Assembly: GCA_009914755.4 (NCBI GenBank)
Contig: CP068257.2
Coordinates: forward strand, 31,520,001-31,584,000
Length of the DNA: 64,000 nucleotides
From: the human T2T-CHM13v2.0 reference genome, Homo sapiens
Reading direction: 5' to 3'
Positions 17,366-31,073 of this stretch are shown here, one piece after another. How positions within the stretch are numbered: the stretch's first letter is position 1; every line of letters begins with the position of its first letter. Made by a program: the position numbers and the translations under genes. The notes under the pieces are model-generated. The model worked only from the letters and a program-made list of their open reading frames with translations. It did no database searches and was not told where the DNA came from.

Positions 17366-17751
17366 AAAAATTAAAAATTTTAAAAATAGTGGGAGGAGAA
17401 AGAAGCATCCCAGTGTGGTGTTATTGGCCTGGTTACCTCCATGGGCTGCTGGGACTGGATCCCCTGGAGACCCCCTGAGGAAGCGTGTGAAAGATGCCTC
17501 AGAATTGTCCACCCAAGACATGGATGGAAGACAGATGAGCTCATCAGCTCCTGCCCCTATTGGTCAAAGTTTTCCCCCAAGGAAAGCCACCTCCCTTGAG
17601 CTTCCAAGTTTACACACAAGCCAGTATAGCTAAGCAAGTCCCCGCAGGCTTGGACAGAAAGCCTGCCACAGCAGATACCCACTGCCACAGCTGTCAGGTG
17701 ACAGCTTGTTGTTGCGGTTGTCAGAGCAACGCCCAGGAGCAAAAAAGGCGA

Positions 17752-18056
17752 GCCAGGTCAGGCGCAGTGGCAAACTCCTGCAATCCCAGCAATTTGGGAA
17801 GCCAAGGCAGGAGGATTGTTTGAGGCCAGGAGTTCAAGACCAGCTTGGGCAAGAAAGAGACCCCTGTCTCTACAAAACATAAAAAATTAGCCAGGCATGG
17901 TGGTGCGTGCCTGTGGTCCCAGCTACTCAGGAGGCTGAGGCAGGAGGATAGCTTGAGCCCAGGAGGTCAAGGCTGCAGTGAGCCATGGTCGTGCCAGCAC
18001 ACCCTAGCCTGAGTGATAGAGCGAGACCCTGTCTCTAAAAACTTAAAGAAAAAAAC
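17752..18056 (+). mobile_element. Alu SINE
   Basis: gccaggtcaggcgcagtggcaaactcctgcaatcccagcaatttgggaagccaaggcaggaggattgtttgaggccaggagttcaagaccagc...gcagtgagccatggtcgtgccagcacaccctagcctgagtgatagagcgagaccctgtctc. Confidence 0.9.
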
Positions 18057-21000
18057 GGTGAGCCAAGAGCATGTGAAAGGAGCGTGAAAGGAGCATGAAA
18101 GGGAGGTGGGCAGAAGAAGCTGGTTGGATAGAGGAAGTGAAAGGAAGAGGCGCATTTGTACAGACAGCCGCCCTTCTGGACCGAGTAACCACGTGGAGAG
18201 TGGTTCTCCATCCACCCACATAGGACGCACAAGGAAAAGAAGAGGTTCCCAAAGATAAGGGATTTCATGGGGAAAATACCTCATCGAATGGACTGCGACC
18301 CTCAAGGGAAGATGTTCCATAAGCTCGGCGCGAGTCAGGCAGTAGGGAGAGGTCTTGAGATCACAGGTGAAGTGAAGGCTCCCAGGAAGGGTGATTGCAG
18401 GGCGAGGGCCTCCTGACCTGGAGACAGGGCCCCAAGGAACAGTCATACGAAGAGGGCAGAGGACAAATGAAGAGGGAGTGGACAGAAAGAGAAATGGGAG
18501 GAGAGCCATGTGCCAGGAGCCAAGTGATTTAAATGCAGGTGTAGTGCCCTGGAGAGTTCCATGTGTAAGAACAAGTAAATCATTGTTGCTTACCTCTCCC
18601 TTGAAAAAAAAAAAATACCCTGCTTCTTGTCCTAAGTTCCCAGGCTCTCTTTTTGCCTACTCCCTCCCCAGTTGCTGAGTCCAGTCAACCCTCCTGCTAC
18701 AGTATCCCCTATAGCGCCATTCACCTGCCCTCCTCTGCTCCCTTGGCCAACATCTAGGTTCAGAACCTCATTGTCTCTCTTCTGGTCTGTCCTGCCTCCT
18801 CCTCCCTCTGCTGCTGTCCATCCAGGTGGATTTTCCTAAAGGGAAAAGGTGCACTTGAGGGCAAATTTCTCTTGGCCATGCACTTAGGAGGGGGATTTCT
18901 GGGTAAAGGGGTAAGTTCACTGCTTTTCTAATTCTCTACTTTTTCCTTATCCTCACCCATAAATCTTACAACCCCCTTGAAGTGCAATAACTTTATTTCT
19001 AGGACCTCTCAGAGCCTTTGCCTGTGCTGTTCCCACTTGCCGGGAATGCCTTTCCCTTCATCCCCAATAGTTCAAGCCCCACCTTTTCCTGAGCCCAGCT
19101 CAGATGCCACCCCCTCATCCAGGAAGGCCTCCTTGATACCTCCCTACCAGAATTAATCTCTCCTTCTCTTGTGGTCTGAAGACTCTTGGCTTTCTCCCCT
19201 GTCCTATTTTTGCTTGTTATCACTGACATTGCTTTACACGCTTTTTCTCCTCTGCTGGGAGCAAGGGCAGTTTCTATGTCACAATGCCCCACTATGCCCA
19301 TTAAGCTACAGTGCACATGGTACCCATCCCGAGACCAACATTCTTTTTACACTTCTGTGCTTCTGACCTAGGAAAGTCTTACTTTTCATAGAGTGTCATA
19401 GCTGAGTTGGAAGCTCTTTTCTTAGAGCCTCTTAAAATAATGGCGTGCCTTATAGTCAATGATCTCTTACATTCCATTAAATACAGTAGGAGATGTTCAA
19501 CCAATATTTGCTAAATTGGAGGAGTTAAAGTCATTTTGAGTAGGAGAGGGAATCTAGACCCACTATTTGGATTAGTACAGATTTTAGTGCAACTCAGGGC
19601 TTCTGCAGAGCCCCTCCAGCTTTCACCTGTCCACTTAGTTGATGATGAGCACGCCTGCGAACTCTTCACACTTTCCAAACCCACCAAGGCAGCTTCTCCC
19701 GTAAGGACATGTTTCTTACCTTCAAGACCCCTGTTGCCTCCAGCAGCAATCTCAGTAATGACGTCTACTTCTGTTTCCTGCTTCCTTCTCCCTGACTCCT
19801 GCTTCCTGGAGTCCCCTCAGATAAACCTCCTGTGCCCAAGACCTTGTCAGGGTCTGCATTTACGGGAACCCAACTAAAATTCCAGGACCACCATATAAAG
19901 GTCCCTTTGTCGGGGGCTGGGCCTGCTCTGGATACAGTAGGGAAGTGGCTCCAGGGTCTGCGGCCAGCGAGGAGAGGGTCCGGCAGTCACCAGTGGGAGC
20001 TGTTTCCTCCCGTATTCCTCCCACCTGTCCCTACCTGTCCTGCTGGCGGGGTAAAGAGTGGGATTTACCTCGTGACAGCTGCCTTACAGCCCCATGAAAA
20101 GGCACTTTGGGCTGCGGTTGGGGGGAGCGCATCTCCAGGGATTGCAGGGTAGGAGGACAAGAACTCTCCCTGGCCTGGGAGTCAGGGAAATGGAGAGATC
20201 AGAGCAACACAAGTGCTGGGAACAGATGGGGCTTCCTGGGCTCCAGCGCTAATTAACCAGCTCTGCAGCTCAAGGCCTGGGCCTCATGATAGTAGTCTGA
20301 GGGCCCCTGGGGTGCAGGGTTGAGCACACAAGGCTGCACACAGGCAGAGGGAGAGGGGTGATCCCGGGAACAGCCATCCCTCCATTCCCTAATCCAGAGG
20401 CCGCTGCCCTTCTTGGGCCAGAGAGCAGCAGCTTCTAATACAGATCTGGGCTTCTCACTCAGCAGGTGCCAGGGACCCAAGGAGACAAATGGAGGAAAAA
20501 GAGTGAGGAACTCCTGCCCCAAGGAGGCCGCTGCCACCGCCCACTGGCCGCAGGCCAACTGGACCCCAGATGATAAGCGTGAAACTCCCAGAGGTTGAGA
20601 TTGGGAGACTCTCCTCCTCCCTGCCTTTCATCTTGTGTCCCCTCTCTTGTCCCTTCCTCACTTGCAAGAACAGAACTCATTTGATGTGTTTCCGCTACCA
20701 AATCAGAGCAGTGAGTGCAGAGTTGGGGAGGAAATTGAAGGGAAACAATTCAAACTGTTTCACTGGAGTTGCAGGCGCTGATAAAGGCATCTTCGTTAGT
20801 TAATGAGTTAATTTCTGATAAACCTTAGATACCTAAAATAGGCTACATATTATATGGCCTAAATTGATTCCTAATTAACACTTGAAATGTAATCACAATC
20901 AAGGTGGCTTTTTAAATTGTGGGCAAGAGAAAGAAATACATCTCAGACACAAAACAACCTGTACTTAACACTGCCATAAAGTGGATCAGGCTGTATTTAT

Positions 21001-21064
21001 ATTTATGTTTGTATTGAGGCTGATTTTTCTGATTCTCTCCCAGTTTGGGTGTTTTATCTCTGAA

Positions 21065-21125
21065 TCCCCAGTGCATAGCACAGTCCTGGCTTGTAGTAGG
21101 AATTAGCAAATATCTGTTGAATACA
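21065..21125 (+). mobile_element. MIR SINE tail fragment
   Basis: cagtgcatagcacagtcctggcttgtagtaggaattagcaaatatctgttgaatacataaac resembles MIR tail gcacagtgcctggcacatagtaggtgctcaataaatatttgttgaatgaatgaa. Confidence 0.5.
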
Positions 21126-22040
21126 TAAACCCTCTTTTCAAAATACAGGACCAGAGCATAGAAACAGAATAGCTAATGTACACTCTTTTGTTGAATGGGG
21201 CAAGCACAGCCCAGGTAGCAAGTAAATAGTGACAAAATAATTCTGGAATTATCTCCCATCCACAAGCCAGGATCCAAAATAAATGTCCTTTGTTCTACAT
21301 TGTTATTGTTTTTTAAAAGTCATTTTCTTTTATCTTCTAAGATACTTATGGATAGAATAATATAAAGTCTGGATTTGCTTCAAAATACCTTAGCAGACTG
21401 GGATTATAGATGAGACAAGACCAGCTGTGTGGGAATAATTGTTGGAACTGGCTAGTGGGGACATAGAAATTCATAAAACTATACTGTCTACTTTTGAAAT
21501 TAATTTTCAAAAATATGCTTGAAATTGTCCTTTATAAAAGGTTTTTATTACTCCATGCTAGGAAAAATGTAATTGAAACTAAGTAGTAGAAATGTTAGAA
21601 AAACACAAGCAAACAATTCACAAGGTTGGTGCCATATCCCTTTAGGACATATATGCTCACTGCAGCGCCCACGGGTCCAGTTGGAGAGATGTGATGCTCA
21701 CAGAGCCTGTGTCCGAGGACTTTCTTTGCCGTTATCTCGTGGTTCTGCAAATACACGCTCAAGGCTGCCAAAAATGAGTGATAGTAAATTACCCCGCTAA
21801 TTCAATGACTCTTCTTCAATAGAAACCGATTACAAAGAAAAAAAAGTAGTCAACAATCCTAACAGTATTTCAGCAGTTCTTGGGAACATTTTGCAGAATG
21901 TAAGGGAAGACATTAACAAGAAATTTCTAGCAAAATTCCATTACTTCAAGTAGTCTTGCACAAAATGTGAGGCAGAGGGGGTAAATGTATATGTCCTTAC
22001 TTTTGATGATGCTGTTTTCTTGTTAAAAAAAACATCTTCT

Positions 22041-22395
<355 letters not shown>

Positions 22396-22980
22396 TCAGT
22401 TTTAGCCACTTGTTAAGATTTTTATTCTGTCTTTCCTGTGCCATTTAGAAATTCTGTTGTAAAAGCAATTTAATGTACCTAGAAATTTAAACTTCAATTC
22501 TAATTTCAAAACACAACTAAGTCTCTAAATATTTACTAAGTAATATTCAAATAAATGCCATTTCATCTGAACGGTAAAATAAACCAGCATGCTTGAACAT
22601 TTTAATGGGCTTCCAAATGCTATCGGAAAGATCAAGCTGTCCTGTCAGAGATCATCCGTGGATTTTCAGGAAATGCACTGCAATGTCACATAACCCATCT
22701 TTAGCCTGGCCTTTGAGCAAGCAAGCAAAACCATTCTGCAAATGCTGAGGCTGTATTTCCAGAGGCATTCCAAAATGACCTTGGAAATGCAATGCAATTA
22801 GTATAATATGTTTGGAGTGGGACATGCTGGAATTAAGGCAAAAATAGCATACATATTATCGCTGAAACAGAAGCGATTTAAGAAGAGAGAGCGCAACTCT
22901 AAAGGATGGACCTAAAATTAAAAGTAGTTTAAAAATACATATGTATTTAAAAAATACACATTAAAAAATACATATGTCTA

Positions 22981-23267
22981 GGCTGGGCGAGGTGGCTCAC
23001 ACCTGTAATCTCAGCTCTTTGGGAGGTGGAGGTGGGAGGATCACTCGAGCCCAGGAATTCGAGACCAGCCTGGGCAACGTGGCAAGAACCCATCTCTTCC
23101 TAAAATAATACAAAAATTAGCCAGGCGTGGTGGTGTGCACCTGTAGTCCCAGCTACTCAGGAGGCTAAGGTGGGAAGATCACTTAAGCCCAGGACGCAGA
23201 GACTTCAGTGAGCTGAGATCATGCCACTACACCCCAGCCTGGGCAACAGAGCCAGAACCTACCTCAA
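22981..23267 (+). mobile_element. Alu SINE
   Basis: ggctgggcgaggtggctcacacctgtaatctcagctctttgggaggtggaggtgggaggatcactcgagcccaggaattcgagaccagcctgggcaacgtggcaagaacc... Confidence 0.9.
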
Positions 23268-23274
23268 GGTTACA

Positions 23275-23345
23275 TGTATATGTGTGTGTATATATATATA
23301 TGTGTGTGTGTGTGTATGTATACATGTATGGATATACTCATATAC
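23275..23345. repeat. (TG)n/(TA)n compound microsatellite
   Basis: catgtatatgtgtgtgtatatatatatatgtgtgtgtgtgtgtatgtatacatgtatggatatactcatatacatatatg. Confidence 0.9.
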
Positions 23346-23429
23346 ATATATGGGAGCAGCCATTTTTATGGTGAAAGGTGGGAAAAGTCACACAAAATAA
23401 TATCCTTATTTTGCCAATTATAATAACCA

Positions 23430-23575
23430 TTTATTGAGTACAAATATGGGTTATCTCATGTAATCCTCATCTCTGCTCACCCAGATAACTACTGTATGAT
23501 TTCCACTTTAAGGTGATAAAAACTGATGCCTGGGAAGGTCACGTGATGTAACCAAGGTCATCCATCCATTGAGAA
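23430..23575 (-). mobile_element. MIR SINE (reverse complement)
   Basis: taaccatttattgagtacaaatatgggttatctcatgtaatcctcatctctgctcacccagataactactgtatgatttccactttaaggtgataaaaactgatgcctgggaaggtcacgtgatgtaaccaaggtcatcc parallels the reverse complement of the MIR consensus. Confidence 0.65.
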
Positions 23576-23959
23576 ATCCCTCCCATCTCCCAATTACCAG
23601 CCATCGACTGTACTGAAAGCTTATGAATATAAATAGTGGTTTACCCAGCATTCATTCTGAAAGAATCTCTATCTAGTCGTATATTTCAGAATGTTTTTCA
23701 TCTTCCACCCTTTTCTAAAAACACTTTCTCCATCTCCTAAACAAGCACTCAAAACGAATGACCCCTGAGGGAGATCTCCATGGACAAACCAAACATTAAC
23801 CTTCTGGAAAGCAGCTGATTATCTCCATATCTGGGCAACTGTGAGTTATACTGCAATGAATATGAGTGCAGATATCTCTTTGAGGCACTGATTTCATGTC
23901 CTTTAGGTATATATACCAGAAGAGAGACTGCGGGACCATGTGGTAGTTCTTTCTTTAAT

Positions 23960-24517
23960 TTTTTGAGGAACGTCCATACTGTTTTCCATAAATTACAATG
24001 GAATATCATTCAGCCTTCAAAAAGGAGATCCTGCCATTTGTGACAACTTGGATGAACCTGGAGGACCTGGTGCTAAATGACATAAGCCAGACACGGAAAG
24101 AAAAATACTGCATGATATTATTTATATATGGAATCCAAAACAGTCAAATACATAGAAGCAGAATAGAATGGTGATTCCCAGGACTCGGGGGAAATGGGGA
24201 GATGTTGGTCGAAGAGTACAGCCTTGCAGGTATAAGATGAACAAGTTCCGCAGACCTAACATACAGCATGGTGACTATAATTAACAATAACGTGTTATAT
24301 ACCTGAAATTGCTAAGACAGTAGAACACTTAAGATCTTAAGTGTTCTCACCACACACACAAAAAGTAACCATATGAGTGATGGATATGCTAATTAGCTGG
24401 ATTGTGGTAATCATTTCATGATATATACATATATCAAAACATCATGTTGTACATCTTAAATATATACAATTTTTATTTGTCAATTACACCTCAGTAAAGC
24501 TGGAAGGAAAAAAAAAG
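23960..24517 (+). mobile_element. L1 LINE 3' end (old L1M/L1P-type 3' UTR) with A-rich tail
   Basis: tttgaggaacgtccatactgttttccataa...aatggaatatcattcagccttcaaaaaggagatcctgccatttgtgacaacttggatgaacctggaggacctggtgctaaatgacataagccagacacggaaagaaaaatactgcatgatattatttatatatgg...catggtgactataattaacaataacgtgttatatacctgaaattgctaagacag...caattacacctcagtaaagctggaaggaaaaaaaaag. Confidence 0.8.
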
Positions 24518-25320
24518 TAGCTGATTTTTCAGTAGGATTAGAGCCAGGGCTCTCAGTGAGAAGTTCTGCGAAAGGCTGGAATGGACAGGACTTTTTGGTA
24601 GAAATGAAAAGCAATAAACCCACCTGCGGACAACCAAGCAGGTCGTGACATTGCAGGACTAGCAGATGGTACCTAAAATGTCACTGTAGTCTTTCCCACC
24701 TCACTGATTGGCAGCTGTGGCTCAGGCTAAAACCTTGGAGGCATCTTTAACTCCACTCTCTCTCCCTTTTACCTCACATCCAATCTGTCGGCAAATCCTA
24801 AACTTCTAAATATATCCAGAATATGACTGCTTCTCACACCTCCGTTGCCAGCACCTCCGGCAGGGCCCCCATTGTGTGCCGCCTGGATTCTCACAGTCGC
24901 CTCGCTCTGTCTCCCAGCCCTACACAGTCTCTTCTTTGCACAGCAGTCAAAAAGCTCCTTAAAAACCCAAGTCAGATCAAGTCAGCTCCCTGCTCTGAAC
25001 CCTGAACCCTCCAGGGGCTCCTCTATAACATTCAGAGTCGAAGTCAAAGTCTACAATGCTCCGAGGCCCTACACCATCTACCCCTGTCCATCCTTCTGGG
25101 ACCTTCAGCTCAACTTCCCCTCTAGCTGCTCCATTCCATGCATGCCAGCCCCACTCCCCATTCTGTGTTCCTCAAATATGCAGGGCCTTTGCACTAACTC
25201 TGTCCTCCCCAGATATCCCCAGATATCCTCCTGAATCCCCAGATATCCTCCTGAATCCCCAGATATCCTCCTGGCTCACTCCCTCAGCTCCCCCATGTCT
25301 TTGCTCAGACATCACCTTTG

Positions 25321-26038
<718 letters not shown>

Positions 26039-26797
26039 TTCTCAGTGAGATCTGCCTCAACTTCCCTATTCAAAATTGTAACATCTTCTGCCCAGCACTC
26101 CCAGCCCCCTACCCTGCAGCATTTTACCCCATAACACTTATCACCTTCTTACCTTTAAATGTGTTCCTTTCCTTACAAAAGCATAGCTTGTAAAATCCAA
26201 AGTCTTGTTTCCAACTAGATATCATCTGCCTCCTGATGCCATGCAAATGCACATAGCACCAGCTAGGAAATATTCTTGTCACAAAAACTTGATCCTGAAT
26301 TTAGTCAAACTTCTCCAGCTAACTTCCACTCACTTGGAATAGAGGGACAAGAGCATGGCACCATAAGGAAGCATGCAGACAAATGCTGAATGTGGGACAT
26401 TCTCCAAGACAATCGACCTGGTCTCTGCAACAAACCAAGGGAAGGGGGATTAAAAGAGAAAATAATGGAGACTGCGGTAGATTTAATAACACTTACAAGA
26501 TATAACAACAAAATGCCATGGGGAGAACCTGCTCAAATCCTGATTTGTGCCAACCAACAATAAAGAGACACTTTGGAGTCAAGTAAGTAAATTTTATTAT
26601 GGACTGAATATTACATCTAGTATATTACCAAAGAAATAGTGTGCACTTTGAGAGGCATAATAACTGTATTATGGTTACATAAGAAAATAGTAACCATTTT
26701 TAGAGCTATTAATATGTACTGAAATGTGTAGAGATTTAATGACATGATTTTGGGGACTTACTTTAAGGTACTTCAGCATATTGAAAAGGGATAAATG

Positions 26798-27066
26798 GGC
26801 CAGGCATGGTGGCTCACACCTGTAACCCCAGTACTTTCGGAGGCCGAAGCAGGAAAAAAAAAAAATGACCTGGCATGGTTGCACATGTCTGTAGTTTCAG
26901 CTACTGGGGGGTAAAAGAGGGGGTATTCCGAGGTGGGAGGATCACCTGAGCCCAGGGCTGTCGAGGCTGCAGTGAGCCATGATCACACCACTGCATTCCA
27001 GCCTGGGCTACAGAGTTAGACCCTAACTCAAAAACACAAACAAACAAACAAGCAAACAAAACAAGA
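26798..27066 (+). mobile_element. Rearranged Alu (left monomer, internal A-run, right monomer) with (CAAA)n tail
   Basis: ggccaggcatggtggctcacacctgtaaccccagtactttcggaggccgaagcaggaaaaaaaaaaaatgacctggcatggttgcacatgtctgtagtttcagctactgggg...ctgcagtgagccatgatcacaccactgcattccagcctgggctacagagttagaccctaactcaaaaacacaaacaaacaaacaagcaaacaaaac. Confidence 0.8.
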
Positions 27067-27453
27067 AAAGAGATAAATAAAACATGTAACAAGATTTGTT
27101 TTTAAATCAGGCCTATTGAGGTTTACATACAATAAAGTTCACCCATTTAAAGTTTGATTAGTTTTGACAAATGCATACAGTTATATGACCAAAACCACAG
27201 CCAAGATATAGGATATTTCCTTCACCCTACAAAGCTCCCTCATGTATGCTGAGATTTCTATAATTCTTGGATCTAGAAATGAGTGTGTGAGGATTCACTG
27301 TATTATTTTCTTACTATTGTGCATAACTTGGAGCAGACCTGGCAAATACGATCTGGAATTTTTCTGGGGGCATGTGATGACTGTAGGACCTAGTGTGCAT
27401 GACAAGTGGACAGATGGATAACTGATTCTGAAACTTGAAAGAGAAGTGTCTCA

Positions 27454-27987
<534 letters not shown>

Positions 27988-28727
27988 TCACCCCAGAAAT
28001 CAAGGGACATCTGAACCTCTCCTACTCTCAAAGACCACCAATAGCCATCCAGTCAGAACCAAGTCCTGTCAATTCCCTCCCAAAATAAATCTCCCACCCA
28101 CCCATCTATGCTTATCCTCCTACTAACCCAAGCGAGGATCCCCTCTCACCTGCATATGTCAACAGCATCCCAATTTGTCTTCCTTTCTTGCCCCAACCCC
28201 ACCCATTCTGCACAGAGCAGTCAGAATTAAAAGGAAAATCAGGTCATGTCACTCTCTTGCTGAAAGCACTTCTGTAAAATAGTTTGGCAATTCCTCAAAC
28301 AATTAAACATAGAGTTGCCAGCAATTCTACTCCTAGAAATATATTCAAGAGAAATGAGAACATAGGTCCACACAGAATCACCATCCAAAGCCCAGACCTC
28401 CCAATTCTTACATTGGGGATTAAATTTCAACATGAATTTTAGAGGAGACGAAAACATTCAAACCATAATAGGACATAAACTTGATTTCTCATTGATAGGA
28501 TGGATGCAACTAAACAGCTCAACAGTGTTGATTAAAAATGCTTATTATGATAGAGGAAAATGGCAGATAGGAGGCAGGACTAACTTGCAGCTCCCACTCG
28601 GATGGACAGAGCAGTGCATGAAGACCCACATCGTCAAATTTTACTCCAAGAACTAACACAGGATCATACCAGGAAAACCAAAAGAAACCACAGACCCTTT
28701 GAAGGCGGTGAATTGCTGCTGCAGGCT

Positions 28728-29060
28728 CTGTGTCCCCTACAAAATGCATATGGTGAAATCCTAGCCCCCAATGTGATGCTATTAGGAGGTGGTGCCTTTG
28801 GAAGGTGATTAGGTGATGAGGGGGGAGCCCTCAGGAATGGGATTAGTGCCCTTGAAAAGGGGACTCCAGAAAGTCTCTCACCCTCTTCCTACCATGAGAA
28901 GACAAGTGTACAACTCAGAAGAGGGCCTCACCAGCCCCCAGCAACGCTGGCATCCTGCTCTCAGACTTCCACCATCCAGAACTGTGAGAAATATGTTTCT
29001 GTTCTTTATAACTATCCGGTCTATGGTACTCTGTTATACACCCCAACAAAGACGGCCCCT
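28728..29060 (+). mobile_element. MaLR solo LTR (MLT1-like)
   Basis: tgtgtcccctacaaaatgcatatggtgaaatcctagcccccaatgtgatgctattaggaggtggtgcctttggaaggtgattaggtgatgagg...gggattagtgcccttgaaaaggggactccagaaag...cttccaccatccagaactgtgagaaatatgtttctgttctttataactatccggtctatggtactctgttatacaccccaacaaagac. Confidence 0.75.
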
Positions 29061-29072
29061 GTAAGAATTCTG

Positions 29073-29472
29073 CTGTGTGGTCCTGGGGAGGGATTGAGCA
29101 GGACCAGGAGCCATGATTCCAGTGTGTGACCCTGGGGAAGGACTGAGCAGGACCAGGAGCCATAATTTGGTGTGTGACCCTGGGGAGGGATTGAGCAGGA
29201 CCAGGAGCCATGATTCCCGTATGTGACACTGGGAAGGGATTGAGCAGGACCAGGAGCCACAATTCCAGTGTGTGACGCTGGGAAGGGATTGAGCAGGACC
29301 AGGAGTGAGCAGGACCAGGAGTGATAATTCCGGTGTGTGACCCTGGGGAAGGATTGAGCAGGACCAGGAACCATAATTTGGTGTGTGACCCTGGGGACGG
29401 ATTGAGCAGGACCAGGAGCCATGATTCCGGTGTGTGACCCTGGGGTAGGATTGAGCGGGACCAGGAGCCATT
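29073..29472. repeat. 48-bp minisatellite (VNTR-like), ~8.3 copies, immediately 3' of the MLT1-like LTR
   Basis: Units gtgtgtgaccctggggaaggattgagcaggaccaggagccatgattccg with period 48 at 29123, 29171, 29219, 29269, 29333 (carries an internal 16-bp duplication), 29381, 29430. Confidence 0.9.
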
Positions 29473-29639
29473 GGGCCTGGTACATACATATAAATGAGTG
29501 AAGAGAGCAGAAATGTCTGCAAAGCAATCACATAGGAATGAATATTCTTCACATCCCAAAGGAAATGTGTCTTTCCCATTTTTGTTGAGACAGGCAGCCC
29601 TCCCTGGGTGTTTTACTCTCACTTTTGCTAGACTCATAA

Positions 29640-30200
29640 GTAAAAGAGAAATTATTTCTACCAGAAGACATAATTTGCAATTGTTAAGATATGGAAAATA
29701 TGGAACCAGCCCAAATGCCCAACAATCAATGAGTGGATAAAGAAAATGTGGTGTATACATATTTATACATATATATGTATAAATATATATACCACATTAT
29801 ATATTTTTTATATATAATATTTATGTTTATATTTATATTTATATTCCATGGTGTATACACACACACACACTGTGGAATACTACTCAGCCACAAAAAGGAA
29901 CAAAATAGTGGCATTCACAGCAACCTGGATGGAATTTGAGACTATTATTCTAAACGAAGTAACTCAGGAATGGAAAACCAAACATTGTATGTTCTCACTC
30001 ATAAGTGGGAGCTAAGCTATGAGGATGCGAAGGCATAAGAATGATACAGTGGACTTTGGGGACTCAGGGGAAATGGTAGCACGGGGTTGAGGAAGAAAAG
30101 ACTATACATTGGGTACAGTGTACACTGCTCTGGTAATGGGTGCACCAAAATCTCAGAAATCAAAAAAAAATCTCAGAAATTTAAAAAAAATAATAATAAG
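29640..30200 (+). mobile_element. L1 LINE 3' end (ORF2 C-terminus + 3' UTR) interrupted by a (TA)n/(TATATG)n microsatellite at 29757-29860
   Basis: gaaccagcccaaatgcccaacaatcaatgagtggataaagaaaatgtggtgtatacat ... ccatggtgtatacacacacacacactgtggaatactactcagccacaaaaaggaacaaaatagtggcattcacagcaacctggatggaatttgagactattattctaaacgaagtaactcaggaatggaaaaccaaacattgtatgttctcactcataagtgggagctaagctatgaggatgcgaag matches L1PA-type 3' end. Confidence 0.85.
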
Positions 30201-30860
30201 CAAAAGTTTTGAATTTTTAAAAAAATTTTTAAAAAGAAAAGAGAAAAAAAGAAGATAACCGCGCAAGGGCAGCTACAAATGACAAGTGACACTTGGCTTC
30301 AGGCTCAGGGAGGCAGTGGGAGTGGCAGTGTAGTGGATGCGGTGATGCTGCCCACCTCCCCTGGCAGGACGGGGACATCCTTCCCTCTGCTGCTGGGAGT
30401 GTGGTTGCTGACAGCTCTCGCTGGGGACGTTCCCTGGGAATCGCCCTCCTCTGGAAATAGCCACCTTGCCCAACAACTTCCCCCTCCTGGGGGCAACCCA
30501 CATCCAATGATGATTGATATGGCTCCTTCCTTGAGGCAGGACAACTTCAAAAGACCATCCTAGCTCCTGTGGGATGGGCTAAACCCTTGGTTGTGACAGA
30601 TCCACTGCACTGCAGTTCAGCTTCTCCATCCAATCCTTCTTTCTTCATTCACATTACCTGTGTTGATCCTGAGACCAGTCCCCAAGAAACTCCTGACTGT
30701 AAATCCCATCTCACAGCCAACTTCTCAGGGAGCCCCATCCAAGGCAGGTGGGGCTGAGGCTTACCAGGAGTGGGTGGCTGCTGCTCTAGCTGTTGTCCCA
30801 TGCTGTAACTGAGCTAGATCTTGCAATCTTTCAAAAGAAGTTACAAATCTCTAACTGTAT

Positions 30861-31042
30861 GTGAAATCTTGTTTTGTTTTGTTTTGTTTTGTTTTGAGAT
30901 AGGGTCTTGCTCTGTCATCCAGGCTTAAGTGCAGTGGCACCATCACAGCTCACTGCAGCCACGACCTCCCCAGCTTAAGCAATCCTCCCACCTCAGCCTC
31001 CCAAGTAGCTAGGATCACAGGTGCACACCACCAGACCTGGTT

Positions 31043-31073
<31 letters not shown>

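Noticed and set aside
29073-29472. Possibility that the regular direct repeats (VNTR here, also the 49-bp array at 15547-15727) represent a CRISPR array
   Set aside because: The units are contiguous tandem copies without unique spacers. The context is eukaryotic (Alu, L1, LTR) and no cas-like ORFs are present.
28915-29760. Three overlapping long minus-strand ORFs (281, 168 and 181 aa), proline/serine/glycine-rich and periodic
   Set aside because: They are translations of the 48-bp VNTR, whose unit happens to lack stop codons on that strand. The frame drifts between copies and all three frames are open simultaneously, so this is not a gene.
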